64,000 bases of DNA from Azolla caroliniana (Eukaryota > Plantae > Polypodiophyta). The stretch lies in NCBI GenBank assembly GCA_043228905.1, contig JBHGNT010000003.1, positions 25,048,001 to 25,112,000 of the forward strand, in the 5' to 3' direction. A program made the translations under genes and the position numbers. Positions 61,056 to 64,000 of this stretch are shown here, piece after piece; positions within the stretch are counted from its first letter, which is position 1, and every line of letters starts with the position of its first letter. A model generated the notes under the pieces. It was not told the DNA's origin. It saw only the letters and a list, made by a program, of their open reading frames with translations, and did not search any database.

Positions 61056-64000
61056 CTAATGTGGTGTGGTACCTTTCTCGGAGAGCTCTTTCTCAAGAGT
61101 TTTTCTCCTCTCTTCTGCATGCTGTGAGAGTCCATGTGCCATAGCTTGATGCTGAAAATCTAAAGAATGTGTCAAGGCTTGGAATCTTGCAGGATCAGCT
61201 GCCGATATACCTACATTCCAAGTTAACAAAAACAAAACTTCATTATTGAGGTCAGTAATTAATTAATTGCCTATTGATTGTTACACGTGACGACTAAGTA
61301 TTACTATTAACTGAGGTCACTTATAACACCCATCCTTTGGAAAAAGACAATTCGGTACTTGAGTTCAATGATGAATCAGTCATCTCATGATTATTATGAA
61401 GGCAGGCTTAGTATATTAACAGAGCAGCCATCTATCCACATGTCATAATTTACCATAATTTACCTTTCATAATATCAGTAAACAGAATGAAAGGGTCCAC
61501 GCTGTCGATGGGTGCATGAAACTCTTCATCGTCTGTAAAATCATCGTCACTGTCGTCATCGTCTTCCCTATGGAATGCACTGGCCTAATGTTTCAGTGTT
61601 AAAAGTTCAATCAATCAGAATGTATATTATTCAAATAATTCTTTGAAATGTATGGAGAAAATATCGCGCTAAGGCATGTGTGTGATACCTGTGCAGCCAA
61701 CTTCCGAAGCTTTTGAGAATCTATTTCATTACCATCCTCATCCTCATCTCCTATTTCTTTGTCCCAGTTATCATCGTCATCAGAGGCTAATCCTTCAAGG
61801 TCCGCATCATCCTCTACCTCATCACTCTTCTTCGCCGACTCTAGAAGAGCAAATTAGTATCTTCAGACACAACAAAGATACCTTCCAATCAAGTGTTTAA
61901 ATGCATCACAAAGACCGGACATTATATACCTTCCAATTGCTCTTTATAGGCAGCAAGCATTTTTAGCAAAGCTTTGAGGACCTGGTCAAGGCCAGATTGC
62001 AGTTCCTGTGGGAGAAGCTCAAATGGCAATGCTAGCAAAGATACGAGGCCCAAAATGCATACCTTTTTGTCATGTTCTCTACATTCAAATTCAAAATTAT
62101 GGCCATCAATATAATAGAAATATTGTAACACAAATCAATGTAAAAGAGGAACAAAGATAGATAAACCTTCGAAAGTGAACAGGCTGACCACTTTTCTTTG
62201 TTTCATACAGAAGGTTAAACCATGCCTGAAAAATCTCTGATGTGACTCCCATTTTCTGAAGGATGTTTAATGCCAGTCCTGTATTGTAATAGAGTGCATT
62301 TGCAACCTACAAACAATTTTAGTCAGACAAGTGAACAAAAGAGGAGCAGAGCATACCACAATCATGTGAGTGAAAGAACAAGGGCTCCACTGCCGAAAAA
62401 CTAAATAAAGGTTGATTCTTTTCGTCCAGCTATGGAAGTACAAGCAACTATTAAAGAAACTAAAGATAGAAGAATTTACAAAGAAATGCATTTCTGTAGA
62501 GGTCATGCCTATGTGATTACATGTCATAATGATGTAGGTAATTGGATACATAGCAATAAACAGTAATGCTACACAGGCAGACTAATACTCAAATACTGAA
62601 GAAAATAATGGATTACTGCTTATAACGAGTGCATTACATTCAAAATGGGCTTAAGAAATATACCACTTCAATCAACAAATCTTTTAAGTAATTTTTCTCT
62701 GTCCTCCGCAGTCTATCGATGGCAATTCTCAGGTAAGGCTCAACCCATTCATCCACCCTACCCTTGCAATTCTGAAGAACGGCCTCAATAAGTTTTGGTG
62801 CAGGTTCTATATCACCATCTTCAAAATTAGGGTCCGCAAAGACCTTTTTGTAAATAAAAAAGGTGAAAATTTTAGGCAAATGATAAACTATATAAGTAAC
62901 AATAGTATATTTCCTTAAATTGAAATAATTACCCGGGATATCATTTTAAACAAGCTCTGCTGATAGTCCGGGTCTTTGCATGAAAGAAAATGTTCAGTGC
63001 TTCTGGATATGTAGTTGTCTAGAGGCACAAGAATATCTGGAGGATAAACCGGTTCTTTAGTCAAGTACACTTTAGGTAGAAAAATGCTAGTATGGTGTTT
63101 TTCAACATGAAACCACCCGCATACAATTTCAAAAACTAAAGTCTTATTAACTGTAAAATCATTACGAAAAGCTGATATAGAGCTTAGAAAGGGTCTCAAA
63201 TACATAGAATATAGAAATTTGCCTTCGCAAGGTGTAAAGAAAATGAGCATAGTTGTTCAACAAGAAACCACAAAAACACGATGCAGAAACTCAAGTCTAT
63301 TTTAACTAACCCCAATTTAGAAGATACTACATAAAAAGGTGATGCATAACACAATTTTTAATGAAAAAATTAGAAGATTAAAGTTAAATAGATGCCCATG
63401 CAGTACGATATTAACAAGGCCTACTTGTATCATTTCTCAATTATAAAGTTTGCATATTAATTCAACCCCTAGAGATAATGACAACTACAATTCTTGACTA
63501 AATTAGTAGCATAATTTATTTACAATTACTATGTCATCCACTCAATATGTTTAGAAATAGAAATGTGAGTTTATTTCCATTGTGAGGGCCACTTTAACAT
63601 TCCATTCATGACATGTTTAGTAGAGTGAATGGTCCTGGGTGTAATGACTTACTTTCAAAAAAATCAATGGCCCAATCATCCAAAGCTGAAACCATAAGTG
63701 GCCACAGGCTCCACATGTTGACCGATATAGTTGGAGAGAAGTAAGTTAAGTATGAAACTATCTCCAAAAGTTCCTCAAAAATATCTGACATATTAACGAG
63801 CCCACATAATTAACGAAACTTCTTAGGAGTGTTAAAAGGACACAAAGATAGACCTACCTTGCCCTTCTGTTGTTAACATGTGCTGCAAGATGGGAAGAAG
63901 AATGGGTTCCACTTGAGGAAAGAGTTCTGGAAGCCGGCTGACTGATTCTAAAATGGTGCTAATTGCTCTTAAGCAACCAACAGCTGCAAGGGCACCAGAG
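61056..64000 (-). CDS. SAD2: Importin beta-like protein SAD2 (importin-7/8 family); C-terminal part, 5' end outside the window
   Basis: Exons >64000-63858, 63784-63653, 63036-62933, 62843-62664, 62306-62167, 62078-61930, 61840-61689, 61584-61464 and 61210-61056. Peptides: [84 protein letters not shown], an acidic stretch, and DPARFQAL...[12 protein letters not shown]. Confidence 0.95.

Noticed and set aside
1-64000. The seven genes as a functional (biosynthetic or signalling) cluster
   Set aside because: The functions are unrelated (two TFs, siroheme synthesis, LEA, peptide hormone, beta-oxidation, nuclear import), and nothing in the sequence indicates co-regulation.

Overview
AT-rich, intron-rich land-plant nuclear DNA. 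The bHLH type and gene architecture suggest a seed-free vascular plant such as a fern, but that is inference only. I reconstructed seven spliced protein-coding genes by hand from GT-AG sites and reading-frame continuity: a GT-gamma trihelix transcription factor (partial, -), a bHLH factor with a C-terminal ACT-like domain (-), uroporphyrinogen-III methyltransferase UPM1 (-), a group-3 LEA protein (+), a RALF peptide precursor (-), peroxisomal enoyl-CoA hydratase 2 (+) and an importin-beta SAD2-like protein (partial, -). Intergenic and intronic space holds LINE relics, two solo LTRs with exact 5-bp TSDs, a hAT-type MITE with an 8-bp TSD, a decayed Mutator-like SWIM transposase interrupted by a short retroposon, a probable Harbinger relic, and many mini- and microsatellites. 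The most unusual structures are: (i) the Mutator-like element bracketed by 82-bp direct repeats and (TATG)n microsatellites beside the RALF promoter; (ii) a palindromic E-box-containing repeat array inside the bHLH gene; (iii) an intron-split RALF with a probable 3'-UTR intron; (iv) a Met-Cys overlapping ORF at the trihelix start. I found no rRNA, tRNA or CRISPR array, and no clearly novel multi-gene system can be demonstrated from sequence alone. Most short ORFs in the supplied track are spurious.
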